Numbered from the whole stretch's first letter, positions 38,806-50,836 are shown. The stretch: 58,323 nucleotides of DNA, filler included, from Sphacelaria rigidula (GCA_964200075.2; 10 parts of 10 records of this genome joined end to end with filler, not necessarily neighbours in it); one strand, 5' to 3'. The notes: generated by a model not told the origin, from the letters alone. Numbers and translations: made by a program.

Positions 38806-40161
38806 GTGCTATGTCCCGACTGCCATGGAGAGAACGACGAAGATTTTCAATACTGTCAATGGTGCGGCGTAAGGAGTTCGATATTAGCTACGAGGGTAAC
38901 GCACGAGGTGGCTTTGAAAATCGACGAGGAGGCTATACAGAAACGATACACTCAGTTTACGCTCGCCATGGCAGCGTCAGCCTCAGCAAAGAGACAGGAT
39001 TCCACAAGAGAACTATTCAATAGATTCGTAGCCTCACGACTCGGGCACGGCCCCAAATACTGGACAGCAGCGCAACCGATCGACATCGTAGCCTTTTTGT
39101 GCTGGCTGGATGCATGTGGGAAAGGACGTACGCCAGTACATGCCAGACACTGCCCTGCAGTAGGTACCCCCGGACTCATCGACTGTTCAACGAAACAAGG
39201 GGAATGTACTTACAGATACGCACACGATTCCTTACGGACGAGTTACACGTCGAAACTAGCGACAGCCTTCGAGAACGAGCTCGGAACGAACTCGGATTGG
39301 AGCGATGCCCTACGGATAGGAAACCCAGTCCGCAGCAATCTCGTTGCACAATATACGATGCTCACCAAGGAAGAACAGAAGAAAGCAGGAGTGCTAGTAA
39401 AGCGAGCACCGATTTTACTACACAGCCACTTCCTTGAACTGATAACCCCACTACGATCAGCTCTACAATGTACTAGAGATGCTACAGAACAGGTACTCCT
39501 GGCCCGGGACATTGCCCTGTTCATAGTAGCATTTAGCACCACTAAACGCGGAGACGAGCTCACGAGGACCCTCATCCAACGCATTCTCAGACTCCCCAAC
39601 CACAGTGGTTTCATGTTCAACTTCCAGTGGGGGAAAACACTACGAGGAGATGCAGACTATCTACTCACTGTACCGTGCGATGAGCCCTACCCCGCAACAT
39701 GCCCTGTCCGAGCAGTGGAGCAATGAGTGAAGGTAGGGACATCGATGGGTTGGAATATGACCCAAGGCTATCTCTTTTCCTAGATTGACACTTCAACAGC
39801 AACCCCGAAACGCGGTTCGACACCGATGCCGGCAGCCCAGATGACGGCGGCACTCAGACAACGAAGAAAGGATGCTGGAATCAAGTGCGCATTCTCTATG
39901 CATTCGTTTTGCTAAGGAGGTGCCGTCTCCCGTGCCCTGGCAGGCGACGATTTGAAGACGATAATGCAAAAGGCTTTCTGGAAAAGACCGAGCACGGCGT
40001 GGAGATATATGAGACTGACGGAAGTGGTAGATCCAGGAACAGTAGGAAACCGAATGATCGAAGGTGTCTCCGAAGCACAGTACAGAGAAATTAACGAGTT
40101 CCCATTGCAGAAACAGAGTAAGTCTTGGTCAGCCTTCGGGAAACAACCCATGTACGCATAG
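38806..40161 (+). pseudogene. Tyrosine recombinase with N-terminal Zn-ribbon and ALOG domain
   Basis: CPDC..CQWC; FLCWLDACGKGRTPVH..C..C..C..GNPVRS..EEQKKAG; catalytic R in TTKRGDEL; K in WGKTLR; HSFC (decayed HxxR); FWK...WRY. Single frame with three internal stops (39724, 39781, 39913). Confidence 0.92.
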
Positions 40162-40897
40162 AGACACCAGTAGTGGCGAATAAGAACAGCGAGGACCGTG
40201 CCCGAGAGAGTAAGGGATTAACTAAGTCACCAAAACGAGTGAGCTTACACGAGTAACGGAAATCGATATATATGATCAACTCAGCAGAGTACAGGCGGAG
40301 TGGATACACCAGCCGCGGATGGTGCACCCACAGATTCATCCCATAATAATTGACAAGAAGAGTGGGCATAAAGATACACTAGGACCATTTGACAGGAAGT
40401 CCTACATATAGCCGTAGGCGTTATGACACGGGATTGTCAAGAACGAGTGATATATGAGTGCCACACGTCGCCAGTTCTTTACTGATTATCGATTCCTACC
40501 CACCGAGAAACAGCACGGAAAGTAGGAACCGACTTGAGACACCACCCGCCCACCCGAACACAAGCATGCAGAGACAGACACTGAATTATGAGGTATCTTC
40601 CTGAAAACTCTTATTTTTCCACGTGAGAGAAACCCGAGTGTTGTTGACACCAAAGGAGGAAACACTCGGGTTACGTCTCCACACGCGGAAGTGGACACAC
40701 CAGCCCACGCGGCTGGTGCACCCACAGATTCATCCCACACTAATAACAGCCAATCATCTATGTTGAGGATGGTGCTTTTGATTGAGGATGAGAACCCNNN
40801 NNNNNNNNNNNNNNNNNNNNNNNNNNNNNNNNNNNNNNNNNTTAATTAATTAANNNNNNNNNNNNNNNNNNNNNNNNNNNNNNNNNNNNNNNNNNNN

Positions 40898-41160
40898 ATT
40901 AATACGATATGCGGATCACGGCCCAATTCGTTTCCGGTGATGAGGTATTGCTCTGCCAGGTTGAATCCATTTCTGGGCTGGCCGAGCTCGTAGACATGGG
41001 GTTTAATCAACGAGAAAGAAATGGCCCAGAATTCTGAGCAGATGAGCACCTTCCCCTTGAGCGATTAATACGATATGCGGATTACGGCCCAACTCGTCTG
41101 CGTCGATGAGATGTTGCTTTGAGAGCTTTGATCCGTTTCTAGGCTGGTCCAGCTCGTATA
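40898..41160 (+). repeat. Two direct copies of a ~100-bp repeat (ATTAATACGATATGCGGAT.ACGGCCCAA), also at 46740-46810
   Basis: Copies start at 40898 and ~41064; a third partial copy begins contig 9. Confidence 0.7.
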
Positions 41161-41199
41161 AGTTAAGGGAGAGGTCCACCCAAGATATACATATCGAGT

Positions 41200-43655
41200 A
41201 AAAGTACGGTAGGATGGGAGGACTATACTGCAGCTCAAAAGGAGATATAGAAGATGATGGACGAGAGAAAGAAGGACGTATGGGAACATGTAGTAAGATT
41301 TAGTGAATCAAACAAATGAAGATTTCGATGGTGGGATGAAACTAATGTGGGTAGGGATAAAATGGATCATGGGAAATCAGGCAAGAAATATGGACAAGGG
41401 GATAGCCACACAACGGGCACAGCACGGTAAAATGTTAGGTAGTTCGAATGGGAAGAGAGAAGTGCTAGTAGAGCACCACCGTGAACTTGTAACGCCAACA
41501 ACTAACTAGAGGCTCGACACGGAATTCGAGAAAGAAATCAACGCACGGGCAGAGGCAACTGTAGAGACGTCAAAGCGGGAGGATGGTGGCTCCAAAGAAG
41601 CGCAGAGAGGGTTCGCTAGAGATCAAGTGAATAAATGTGTAGCTAAACTGAAAAAGAGAAAGGCAGCAGGGGCAGACGAAATAGTAAGTGAGTTTCTAGA
41701 GTACGGGGGAGAGGGAATGATTACGATGATGGTTACGCTGCAAACTGGATGTGGGAAAACGAGTACACACCCAAGAGGTGGAGAGTAGGAGTAGCAATTA
41801 ACCTGTTTTAAGAAGGGAGACTCGGCTGACCCATGCAATTACAGAGGGATAACGCTACTGAGCTTCTGAACGATAGAGGGGGAACGATGCTAGAAAAAAA
41901 AAATCAGCGAGGGGCAAGCAGGTTCGAGACCAAACCGTAGTTGCGTAGACCATGTGTACACAATCGGTGAGATTACTCGATGTAGGCAGTGTTTCAGTTT
42001 CGTTTTTGTTGGGTAGGTCTATCATGACACCACGGCTGGACCCCTGGGGGATCAGTTAAAGTGCGACAATCAATCAATCAAAAGGAAAGACGACGGGCTG
42101 ACAACGTACTGTTTCTTTCTGGACGTGCGAAAGGCTCGTGACAGAGTAAGTAGAAATAGGTCATGGAAGAAAGTTGTGGGAGAATGGGATCAGAGAGAAG
42201 ATGTGGAGAATGGTGAAGAAGATGGCAGAATGTGCCAACAGCGGCATTATGCTAGACGGGGAAATATCGAAGTATATCGATATTTCACAAGAAGTTGAAC
42301 AAGGATGTACGTCGTCACCCACTCAATTCAAAGTATTCATGAGTGACCTGATGATAGCAATAGAAACAGAAGAGCAAGGAGTCAAGGTGGGGGAAGATAC
42401 GGTTTCAGGATTGATGTTCGCGGATGATTTCGTGGGGATATCAGAAACACCAAAAATACTGCAGAAACAAATAGGGAAGGCGCTTGAATACACATGGAAT
42501 TGGAGAGAGACAGCGAACGTGAACAAATGCGCGGTACTTGTATGCAACGAAGATGAGAAAAACCCTGTAGAGTTCAAATGGAAGTGGGGAGAGGAAGAAC
42601 TGCCGATCGTAGACCAGTATACATATCTTGGCGTAGAGATATTAAAAACTGTTCTTGGGGTGCACACATGAATGAAGTGATAGGAAAGGGTAAGACACAG
42701 ATGGGCGAGATGGACGTGATCCTCAGAGATTCGCACCTCGATACTAGGATTGAGATTCGTATCTTGATGAATGTGATTGTACCAAAGCTGGAATGTGCAG
42801 GAGAAGTATGAGAGGGGAACGAGAAGTTGGTGGAGAAGTTGGGAACAGTACGAATGACAGCAGCTAAAAAAATACTTGGATGCTCAAGAACTATGAGGAA
42901 GACGACAATGAGGGGAGAGGTGGCAATGTCCCCACTTGAAGCAAACGGGGGCATGAGAAAATTGAGATGACATTTTAGCATGAAAAAGATGCAGAGAAGG
43001 TGACTGCTAGACGTAATTGATGGGGCTGTATCGAAGAAAGTGACGAAAGGAAAGGCCGGAATAAGGTGGGATAGAGTAGTCGAGAACGTATGGGAGGAGA
43101 TGAGAGGAAACGAAGATGGCAAAATGTCCATGGGTGACTGCGGCGGGTACAAGACAAAAGTAAGAGACATGATACCCTTCGAGGGAACCGAACGCTAAGA
43201 TGGATAGTAAGCGAGGAAGAACTCGGAGATATAGGGGGGTTAAAAGAGGGGATCGGGATGAAAACATATCTGCATGGCCCAATGAACTCCGCGGAAAAAT
43301 TGAAACAGTGATTTCGGGAGGGGGACCTGGACCTGACAAAAAGAAGAAAGAGAGGTACACCAGTAGTCGAGAGGAGGAGGAAGTAGATGCACAGAAGTGC
43401 CCCTGTGGCGAAGCGAAAGAGAGTAGATATCATATAGTTGCATGACGTGAACTATGCAAGGAGGAACGGGACGCGATGGAGGGGGAAATGCGGGGCGTGA
43501 ACAAAGGTGACAAGCAATCCTTTGGTGCATTGGACGGTAGCGAAAAAACGATGGCTATACTAGAAGATGAACGGTGGCCACAGACGGCGAAACAGGACGG
43601 GGATAAAACATGCAGAAGCTTTTCGTATCATGTATGGAAGAAACGTAATGAGCGC
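41200..43655 (+). mobile_element. Degenerate LINE reverse transcriptase region
   Basis: KAAGADEIVSEFL, KKGD...NYRGITLLS, EGQAG.RPNRSCVDH, FLDVRKA, QGCTSSP, LMFADDFV and YTYLG, with many stops and frameshifts. Interrupted by a ~95-bp insertion at 41987-42082. Confidence 0.9.
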
Positions 43656-44268
43656 CGGAGTTCTTCAGTTTTCTCACCTGGGCTTAAAAGCGAACTCCGA
43701 GTCTAGGGGACCTTGGGTGAATCTTTGGCGGTGTATCCTCGACAAGGAAACCTTGAGTTTTCAAATTTATGTTCCGCGGTACAGCTACAAATTTTGAAGA
43801 TGAAGCTGTTCGTTGGAGATGTCGCTCTAGATAGCCCGGGGTTGGACAATTGGGGTTGACTGCTGGGTGTACAGGAGCCCAAGTAATTTGATGTCCGGAA
43901 ACCCCTTATGCTCCAAACAGTCCACCACTTGGAGTATGTGGAGTACATAGACCCAATTTTGACACACTCTGGTTCATGATTTATGGCGCCGTAATTTACT
44001 GTCAGAAGCTCTAATTGCGCTGTTGTGTGTCTGTTTCGACCAAAACTGTTTGCCCTCATCCTGGCGAATTGTACTAGTACTAGTTATAGTATAGTAATAG
44101 TAATAGCGGTCTCGTCGGCTGTGTGATCGCGATCGACGCCATTGATGATAGCATTAAACATCATCTTGTTTTTGTTCGTTCGTACATCGCTCCCCCTTCT
44201 CTCTATTTTTATCGCTGATACGCACTCTTTTTCTTTTTTTCCCCTTCTCTTTGTCTCTCTCGCCAAAG

Positions 44269-44475
44269 GGATACGTCGATGAGAGTGAAGCGTGGGACAA
44301 AAAACTTGGCAAACTTTTCGGCCTAGGACAAAAGAAGGACTCCAAGGAAGAGGTGACGCCGGCAGCAGCGAAAATGAGCAACAAAAAGCCGGCCGCTAAA
44401 AAGCCTATGGGTTCCTCCAAGGTCACGAAGGAAAAGGCGGAGGGGAAGCCGAAAGCGAAGAAAGGGTGGTGGTGA
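44269..44475 (+). CDS. Probable last coding exon of an unidentified host gene (Lys-rich tail)
   Basis: Strong polypyrimidine tract plus AAG| acceptor. Reads GYVDESEAWDKKLGKLFGLGQKK...KAKKGWW-stop with coding-like composition. Confidence 0.6.
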   Translation, partial: GYVDESEAWDKKLGKLFGLGQKKDSKEEVTPAAAKMSNKKPAAKKPMGSSKVTKEKAEGKPKAKKGWW

Positions 44476-45437
44476 TCCATCATTATAGTTTTTTATTGTC
44501 CGTCGATCGCTTGCGTTTGCTGTGTGCGAATTTGCGGTTACTTCCGTCGCGTCAAGGGTGTGGTGAGTGACGATGTTGTGACGCGGCGGAAGTACAGTGG
44601 ACGTGAGTTCCCGTGTTGCTCGTGTTTGAGGCAGCTGGTCTGATGCGACGATCTGATGTTGGGGTTTTTACAGCGGGTTGTTGTGTTGAGTGATTGCACT
44701 AGAGCATGCACCGCAATAGAGAGCTAGAGACGTTGAGGGTGTGCAGTGAGCAGTTGAGGGGGGTGATCGAATGGGTGATGTAGGGCAAAAGGCGGTAATG
44801 GCGCCTCCGTGTGTACAAATGTTTACAGGTGTGGTGTTGGTAGGGATGAACAGAAGCGTTGGATTATAACCAGCAGAGTGTAACGTTGACCGATTACACC
44901 GAAACTGAACGATGTATGATACATCGCACCCCCCGTGACAACGAAACATTCTCAACCTTTCTGTCCGTCATTGTAAATAGGCAAGATCCTGCACTGCAAA
45001 CAGGACTCTTGAAGGTACATGGTTCTTGAACGTATTCAAGCGACGCACGTGGCAGTATCACTTTTACACCGCTTCGTGGAACAGGACATTTTTCGCTTGT
45101 GGAGAGGTCGCACCGGATGGGGGGTACCGCACACCTCTGGAAGTACGATGGTGCCTCTTGAACTTTCATTTTATGTTGGTCACCTAGACTATCGCCCACT
45201 ACGCTCCTAGTTATTCAGTTTGTCATCGGTTTCTCCGGCATTCCCGAGGATTCCCCTGAGTCTTGTGGGCATTGATGTACTCTGTGCCGCTGGCGGTGCG
45301 TCTACATACGTTGATCGCCTAAACCCATGGTCGACACATGCTTCGAGCTCATGGATCAATGGTATGGTACGTGCTGCGAAAAGAACTACGAAACTAGCAG
45401 CTACTTTCTACCACTGATCGAGAAAAATCACGCTCGT

Positions 45438-45878
45438 AACACGGGATCCTAAAAATTGGGGATGGATATTTTATTGGGGATGAGAAACCCGGAGAAATAA
45501 AATCTTCGTATCCACACCAACTCTTCGAAATATGGTTCCATTTCTTCACCCACTCACAGCTATGGACAACTGATACACGCCATAGGAATTTGGATCTCGA
45601 TCACCGAAATGTTGGGGTCCTAGGTGAACAACCAATTTTAGGGAATTCCGGGTGTCCCCACGGACGCCAAAATGGTTCCGATTTTTTTTTCACCCAGGAT
45701 CCCAACATTTCGGTTATCGAGATCCAAGTTCTATGGCGTGTAGCGGTTGTCAATAGCTATCAGTAGGTGAAGAAATGGAACCATATTTTGAAGATTTGGT
45801 GTGGATACGAAGATTTTAATTCTCCGGGTTTCTCATCCCCAATAAAAGATCCATCCCCAATTTGTAAGGTCCCGTGTT
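45438..45878. mobile_element. Foldback element: ~190-bp inverted arms and ~60-bp spacer
   Basis: AACACGGGA..TTGGGGATGAGAAACCCGGAGAA..AAAATCTTCGTATCCACACCAA is mirrored by TTGGTGTGGATACGAAGATTTT..TTCTCCGGGTTTCTCATCCCCAA..TCCCGTGTT. Confidence 0.88.
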
Positions 45879-46589
45879 TCGTTGCAGAGCACTGTTTGTA
45901 CGACTGTACGTCTACAAATCGTACACGGTTCGAGGATATCCTGCTTTTTCGTACTACTAAAATTAATCGTCTTCAGGACTCACTTGTGTTCTCAAACCAC
46001 TTGTCTGGATTCAACTACAATAACTGTCATCTTGAATCAACCACAGTCTCCTCGATTCTTTGAAGTTAATTTCAAAATCTGATTCTCACACCAGCCATAC
46101 CCATCTGCAATCTTCGAAATCTACTTCAAGACCTGATGTCTCAAACCAACCATACGCGGAGGTCGCTACATTGCATGTGCGGAGTAATTCCCTGAACTGA
46201 GTTACATAAAAACTGGTCACGGAGGACTGTTCGAGAGATCCGAAATTCTTGTGTTGCCTGTACAGCGAAATTTCCGGGGCCCTTGACAACGACAACAGTT
46301 CTTGGACCAGTACAAGAGATCCTCATGTTGATAACAAAAGCCACCGTTGAACCCTGGTGAGTCACACCACCAATATAACCGACCAACAACACGACGGGAT
46401 AGCACGAGACAACTTTTCTTCTGTAGCCGGTCCTGGTTGATCCCATCACTCGAAACAACCCCCGGCTACCGTCAAAGCTCCAAGGGAAATAATCGCGTCT
46501 CGCCTTGACAGTTCAGACCGTTTGCACACGCGGCTGCCTTACCCTAAATAAAATTTGAGACCTGGCATCCAGAACTATTATTACTATTA

Positions 46590-46605
46590 TATAATAATAA
46601 TAATG

Positions 46606-46639
<34 letters not shown>
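46590..46639. repeat. (AAT)n microsatellite at the contig end
   Basis: Direct reading of the sequence. Confidence 0.9.
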
Positions 46640-47440
46640 NNNNNNNNNNNNNNNNNNNNNNNNNNNNNNNNNNNNNNNNNNNNTTAATTAATTAANNNNN
46701 NNNNNNNNNNNNNNNNNNNNNNNNNNNNNNNNNNNNNNNCCAACTCGTCTGCGTCTAAGAGATATTGCTTTTAGAGCTTAAATCCGTTTTTAGGCTGGCC
46801 CAGCTCGTACACACAAGGAAGTCAACGACGATACTTTTTTTTTCTGTCTCTGCCGCCTGCCTCTCGGATTACTTGCGCCCTCCTATGGCAGTAATACAAG
46901 CCTCGATTTTTCATATTCCTCCCCCCTACAGCAGAACTGCTTCGAGGCAGTGTCGTAAAGGCCAAGCGGGGGCATCTGGAAATGGGTCAGCTCAAACCTG
47001 CTGCCTGTCCTGGTTGCTACCGTTACACACACTCTGCACACTCCCTCGTAAGCACCGCAGGGGTGTCCCATGAGCGGGAAGCTTGAGTAATGTGTCCTCT
47101 ACTGTTGTAGTGCCGTACTGACAATGATAGAGCCCGACTGTTGCACAGACGGTCTGCAGACTGCTTTGTTTTCCTGGTACTGTATTGCAGAAAAAAAGAA
47201 GATGCGCGTAGGGGTATCGAGGCTGCTGTTCTTTCCTGGCATCGTATTGCGGCATTACATGTCATGGCTTCACCCCCTAGACGGCGAGGGCAGCCCATCT
47301 GGAGCATGCGTTATTTTCTCGAGTGGAAATCGATGCCGAGTTAGCAGGTGACCAACCCTCGCGGTGAAATTGGTTAATCGCTTCGCGACTCATTGCTCTT
47401 CATCGCTTTTGTTATATTTTCATTTGCATGTAATGATCAG

Positions 47441-47614
47441 GTCCTGTCATCGCTGCACATTCTAGGGAGGGGCAACTTCTTCGAAGATACGACCCGGGCG
47501 TCACACATGAGTGAGAAAAAGATACAGAGCTCCTTCCACAAGTTCAACAAGCTGTTCGCTCAGGAGTTTTACCGTGAACACGTACATCTACCAACAGGCG
47601 ATGACCAGGACGAG
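47441..47614 (+). pseudogene. PIF/Harbinger-type transposase, upstream exon
   Basis: VLSSLHILGRGNFFEDTTRASHMSEKKIQSSFHKFNKLFAQEFYREHVHLPTGDDQDE resembles the helical region preceding the Harbinger DDE core. CAG| acceptor, |GT at 47615, 58 whole codons. Confidence 0.7.
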
Positions 47615-48625
47615 GTGTAGTAATCATCGCTTCAAGGATCTGATTTAGGAGCGTGTCGCGGTTTGCAAATGCGCCGCGAAATCAATTGGATAGACTACAG
47701 TGAATTTTCCTGAACTTTGATTCGAAGTGAGGGTGCACGTTATTATTGCAGATCTTTGGAGTGTGCAACCTCGCAGGATCGACGATCTGCGTTTTCCACC
47801 TCCTCAGACGCCCGAATGCACGCAGCAGGGGCGACTCGCGTGTACCCGAGTGTGGGCAAGGGTGCGAAGCAACCGAAACACTGCTGGACAGTACATGGTG
47901 TGGTTGAAACAGCGCCAGGAACTTGTGTTTTGCTGCTGTACGGGTGGCGACAGCACTTGAGAATTAACCAGTTACGAAATCAAGGCTGAACATTTTCAAC
48001 TTCTAAGAAACTGATATCAAGAAATTTTGCGCAGATCGGACCGAAAGTAACGATAAGAAATCGAAAGATGCAAGAGCCTCGGCGGATAAGAAATCTGTCT
48101 TCGACACTGCAGCCTTGGGATATGAGAAACGGGTCCCAGACCCATCAGCCCCTCGACGCAAGGACCCCCCCCCCCCCCCCCCCCTTCTCTACCCCCGCCC
48201 CCCGAGAGAGTATGGCACATTAGTCCACGTATTCGTGTACAGTATATGACCACAGGGATTGTACAATAATTCATACACTACATTGTACATTATCGGAAGA
48301 TGACCTCTGTCGGCGCACAAGAAGGTGCTCGCTGGTTGAGCGATCAGCTGGACAACGTATTTCCTGGTACGCACCTACCTGCGGTAGTGCATTACCTCTG
48401 TACCGCTGTATTACTGCACGCCGCAGTGCCCAGAGTGATCGCCTGCAGAGGTTCAAGCTTAATTGGCTGCAGTGGCTGCAATACAGAGTACTACAAACGT
48501 GTTGGTGTCTGTGAAAAACAGCTGATCATGGAAATTGAGGACGGAGTTTTTCACACATGTGAAGAGCACGAGTATGACTCGTGGCAGTCGCGCTCGTTGG
48601 GCTGCTCGTTGGCGGTAAACATTAT

Positions 48626-49050
48626 TAGGGCGAGTACTCGAGTCATTGCTCGTTGTTGAAAAAAAGTAATAGGGCGGGCACTCGAGTCATTACTCGTCGT
48701 GGAAAAAATTAGTAGGACGAGCACTCGAGTCATTGCTCCTTCTTGAAAATTCAATAGGGCGAGCACTCGAGTCATTGCTCGTCGTGGAAAACTTCTTGAA
48801 AACTCAATAGAGCGAGCACTCGAGTCATTGCCCGTCGTGGAAAAAATTTGTAGGACGAGCACTCGAGTCATTGCTCCTTCTTGAAAATTCAATAGGACGA
48901 GCAATCGAGTCATTGCTCGTTGTGGAAAAAAATGAATAGGGCAACCACTGGAGTCATTGCTCGTTGTGGGAAAAAGTAATGGGGCGAACACTGGATTCAT
49001 TGCTCTTCGTAAGAAAAAATAATGACTCCAGCACAGGAGTCATGCTCGTT
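48626..49050. repeat. Tandem array, ~43-bp unit, ~10 copies (TAGGGCGAGCACTCGAGTCATTGCTCGTCGTGGAAAAA)
   Basis: GAGTCATT core at ~48640, 48684, 48727, 48769, 48822, 48865, 48907, 48951, 48995 and 49037. Confidence 0.92.
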
Positions 49051-49550
49051 GTGTTTTCAAAAAACATCCGTGACTGCATTCGTCTCGACGAGTAATGGCT
49101 TGTCTGCGTGGAGTTTTTCATTGAGGATGAGAACCCGGAGGATTCAAATATTCATGTAGACACCAAATCTTCGAATATGGTCCATTTCTTCACCCGCTGG
49201 TAGCTTTTGACAGGTGCGACCCGCCATGTATATTTGGATTTCGATCACTACGACTGTACTGCTCAACTATTTGTTTCGTTGTATACCGGGACGCCCCTGC
49301 AGATAATTTGTCCAAGCGACACTGCAAAAAGAAAGAAATATATCGCTGCATTGTACTATAGTACGAATACCACATCCGTTCGAAAAAATAAGAGCTTTGA
49401 ACATCCGTCCGTAAAAAGAAGTGCTTTGAAGAATCACTTCATTCTGTGTGCGCGCGGGAAGAATAAGAAATTGGCCTTGACGAAAATCATCTCTGCGCGT
49501 GTGCAGAAAGTAAGAAATCGTTTTTAAGAAAATTATGCTTGGCCCTGTGA

Positions 49551-50106
49551 CTGTGACGGTTTAAGAGAGAACCAACTAGACTACTGACCAGTCAGCGCCG
49601 ACTGGTCAGTAGTCTAGTTGGTTCTCTCTTAAACCGTCACAAAAGTTAGCCGTGGGGGTTTGATCCCCGTCTCTGTCACTCCGATGAGGGCAACTCCCCT
49701 TGCCAGCGCTCGAGCGACTGCAATCGGAACCTCTAATGTTGTCACTCTCACTGTCCTCTTGAGTTACTCGTCTCCCCCACTCATTTTCAGAGTGTGTGCT
49801 CTGGGGTCCCTAGCGGTCTACTCCAAACATAGCCACCAGGCTATACCCCACCATTTTTTCTTTGGGCCAATTTTTTACTGAGGTTTTCTCTCCTTGGGAC
49901 CAAATTTTATGAGAGGTTTTCTCTCCTTGGGGCCAATTTTTTATGAGAGGTTTTCTCTCCTCTTTTTTCTTCAAAGAAAGTGCGTCCGACGGGAACCGAA
50001 CCAGCGACTAACTTTTGCGACGGTTTAAGAGAGAACCAACTAGACTACTGACCAGTCAGCTCTGACTGGTCAGTAGTCTAGTTGGTTCTCTCTTAAACCG
50101 TCACAG
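49551..50106. mobile_element. 556-bp element bounded by ~120-bp inverted repeats, each a 42-bp-stem hairpin plus tRNA-like boxes
   Basis: Palindromes at 49552-49641 and 50016-50105; internal ~33-bp x3 tandem repeat at 49862-49960. Confidence 0.75.
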
Positions 50107-50836
50107 CTCGACGATGACGACAAGAAAAATATTTCAGTGTCGCCTCAAATTATAGTTCTCTGAGTAGTGACGCCACCTGTAGTACATGGGCACTCTATGC
50201 TGGGCACATGTTCTGTTCTTGTGAAAAGTTTGCATTTTCGGCTCTATGAGGTAAGCATTGCACATCGCGTCTCGAGAGAAAACGATAGCGTAGGATTTAT
50301 GATTTTCATAGGTGTGGTAGGGCTGCGAAGAAAAACAAAATCGAGCGAGTTATGCCACAGGCGCCGTACCTGTCACCTGCGATCACCGGTGTGGTCTGTA
50401 GTGATGAATGTTTCGCTTTCCCAGGCCGGTCTGGCTTCGTCGCACACCGGGCAAACGAAAAAATTCAAGTGTGACCAGGAGTGCCCCGAAAAATAACGTG
50501 CGAGACCCTATGCCGATTTTTTATTCCGAGGTGGCTGACCTTAATAATGAGAAAATGGGCGTGTTTGTTTGACGTGTAACCGAGTTCGTCACACACCATT
50601 ATCGACTACAACCGCACGGCGGACATGCGATATTAATATCGTGTACAACTGTTCGAATTGTGGGCACTCGCTTGGTTGCCCGTGGTGGGTTAACGCCAAC
50701 ACGCTGTACGTCGGAAGTGGTCGACAGCAGCGGTGCGCAACACCAAAGAAAAGCGAAGGGTGTCTTGTCGCTGCGATTTCTCCCTGAGTCTCTCATTCTG
50801 ACCTGCTCGGTCGCTCTCTATTTGCAAACTAAGCAG

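Larger units (their letters stand above)
35056..40740 (+). mobile_element. Tyrosine-recombinase retrotransposon (DIRS/Ngaro-type, ALOG-bearing), decayed; 5' end lies outside the contig
   Basis: Order is gag-like region, RT, RNase H, MT-like domain, YR, then split direct repeats at 40295-40343 and 40685-40737. Confidence 0.92.

Noticed and set aside
48626..49050. CRISPR-like appearance of the 43-bp array (and of 225-700)
   Set aside because: Whole units are similar, with no unique spacers; no cas genes; eukaryotic context.
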